From Raja brachyura (lineage: Eukaryota), in NCBI GenBank assembly GCA_963514005.1, contig OY740802.1, forward strand, positions 15,128,001 to 15,192,000: 64,000 bases of DNA. The letters run 5' to 3'. Below the pieces are notes generated by a model. It made no database searches. It had not been told where the DNA came from and worked only from the letters and a program-made list of their open reading frames with translations. Positions 62,611 to 64,000 of this stretch are shown piece by piece. The translations under genes were made by a program, and so were the position numbers. Numbering within the stretch: position 1 is the first letter of the stretch; every line of letters starts with the position of its first letter.

Positions 62611-63402
62611 GCGAGATAACAAGTCAGCAGTCTTGTTAGGTATTGTAGCATTGAACAATCGTATAAACATGAAAAACAAATTTTCAGCAGAGGTCAGCAA
62701 ATTGAAGTTCCAAGCCATGCAATTCTTTCATTTCCCGTTAATAGGGTCCCCTTGCTCCCATTTAGTTTCTGCATCTCCTTTCTGATTTCCTGCTACATGG
62801 CAAAATTGCATTCCTTCGAACTTCAGGAAAGATTTTAACTGTGCATAAGGGGCTGGAGGTGGGGGTCCCCTCAAGGTTAGAAGTACTTAGATTTTGTGAT
62901 GTTACCCCTGGGATTAACAGATTGGTTTGCAAGTATTCTGTGACACTGCAGATCATCATTCTTCATTGTAGAGATTGAGATTTTCGTTGACAGTGAGTCC
63001 ACTGTTCAAATACTCGCGATTCCTACTGTTATAACATTGTACAATAGTTTTACAAAGTTATCTTGTGATGGTTTTGAAATTAAGTTGTAGGATTTTTAGA
63101 TTTTCTTGAAGTTTAATTTTCTCTGCTGTGTTAGGAATTTATTGACTCTTTTTTTTCTTCCTTAAGCAGATTAATGACTTTGTTAAACTGCAGAGAAAGA
63201 GTTAATCAGTCGAATCTGTTCTCTCATGGTATAATTTCAAGTCTTTGGTTTGTGTGCTTTAGTAAACGTGATCTCATCTCCTATATATTTCATCTACAAT
63301 TTTAGAAAATGCAAATACGAATCACAAAGAATGAGTTTCCCATTTGCCATTCCACAGATAAATTACCAGAAATTGTGTGTGCGAGAGGATTAGAGAATGT
63401 AA

Positions 63403-63850
63403 ACAAGGAACTGCAGATGCAGGCTTACAAAAAAAAAGACACAACAAGCTGGTGTAACACCGGTTCAGGCAGCATCTATGAAGAACATGGATAGATGACG
63501 TTTCGGATCAGGACCCTTCAGCCTGATTGTCGGAGGGGGGATGGGGGGAGTGAGAAAGAAAACTAGAAGAGAGGAGAGTAAGGATAAAACTCCAAGGTTG
63601 TTACAGGTGAGGTTTTTTTGATGAGCTGATAATTGCACAAATGCCAGAGATGAAAAAAAGAAACAGGTGTGAGACAAAAGGATTGAAGAGTTGTGAATTG
63701 TGAAGCTAGAGGAAAGAATGTAGGTTGAGAGGGGGGGGGGGAGGGGTGAATTAGGTGCGAGTCCAGGTGGGGCACAGGGGAAGGAGGTGGAAGAATGAGG
63801 AGGTGGAAGGGAGAAGAAGGGAGTGGGAAGAGTTATGTAGTTACAAGAGG
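63403..63850 (-). mobile_element. Penelope-like pseudo-LTR/3' end with hammerhead motif
   Basis: aaggaactgcagatgc...gatgacgtttcggatcaggacccttcagcc followed by the purine-rich segment also seen at 16620-16900. Confidence 0.78.
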
Positions 63851-64000
63851 ACTAGTTTGTCAAACAGAAATAAAAATATAAAGGCTAGAAAAACTCAGCT
63901 GCTCAGGCAGCATCTGTGCGGAAAGAGAAAATTGTAACATTTCAGATTGAAAATTCAAGAATAGAACCAGGATTTATTGTTATTAATTTAATCACTGAAA

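Larger units (their letters stand above)
2119..64000 (-). other. TSHZ2: Large intron 1 of TSHZ2 (partial, >61.8 kb)
   Basis: Lies upstream of the acceptor. No MPRRKQQAP-encoding exon 1 or other intact host gene was seen. Vertebrate TSHZ genes have very large first introns. Confidence 0.75.

Noticed and set aside
1-64000. Prokaryotic systems (operons, CRISPR arrays, defence islands)
   Set aside because: The sequence is vertebrate intronic DNA. The repeated units are dispersed TE copies, not repeat-spacer arrays.

Overview
Eukaryotic, repeat-rich DNA. The repeat families (HE1-type V-SINEs, HER1/CR1 LINEs, Penelope-like elements) point to a cartilaginous fish, probably a skate or ray (inference). 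The only intact gene is the 5' part of the large coding exon 2 of teashirt homolog 2 (TSHZ2) on the minus strand. It runs from a splice acceptor at 2119-2120 as an open frame to base 1 and contains three Teashirt-type C2H2 fingers. The ORF track misses it because the frame runs off the window. The remaining ~62 kb is most simply TSHZ2 intron 1; I did not find exon 1. The intron holds LINE fragments (CR1, RTE, Rex/Babar, L2), HE1 SINEs, several DNA MITEs, a non-autonomous Helitron, an internally deleted CGGBP1-related hAT transposon with a perfect 8-bp TSD, and candidate conserved non-coding elements. The most notable signal is about 20 dispersed copies of a ~90-130 bp Penelope-derived unit that begins with a minimal hammerhead-ribozyme core (CTGAAGA-A-GGGTCTCGACCC-GAAACGTC). 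One copy has its own 12-bp TSD, several form head-to-head inverted pairs, and one pair sits inside a DNA MITE. Repeat boundaries and family names come from visual recognition, not database searches, and are approximate.
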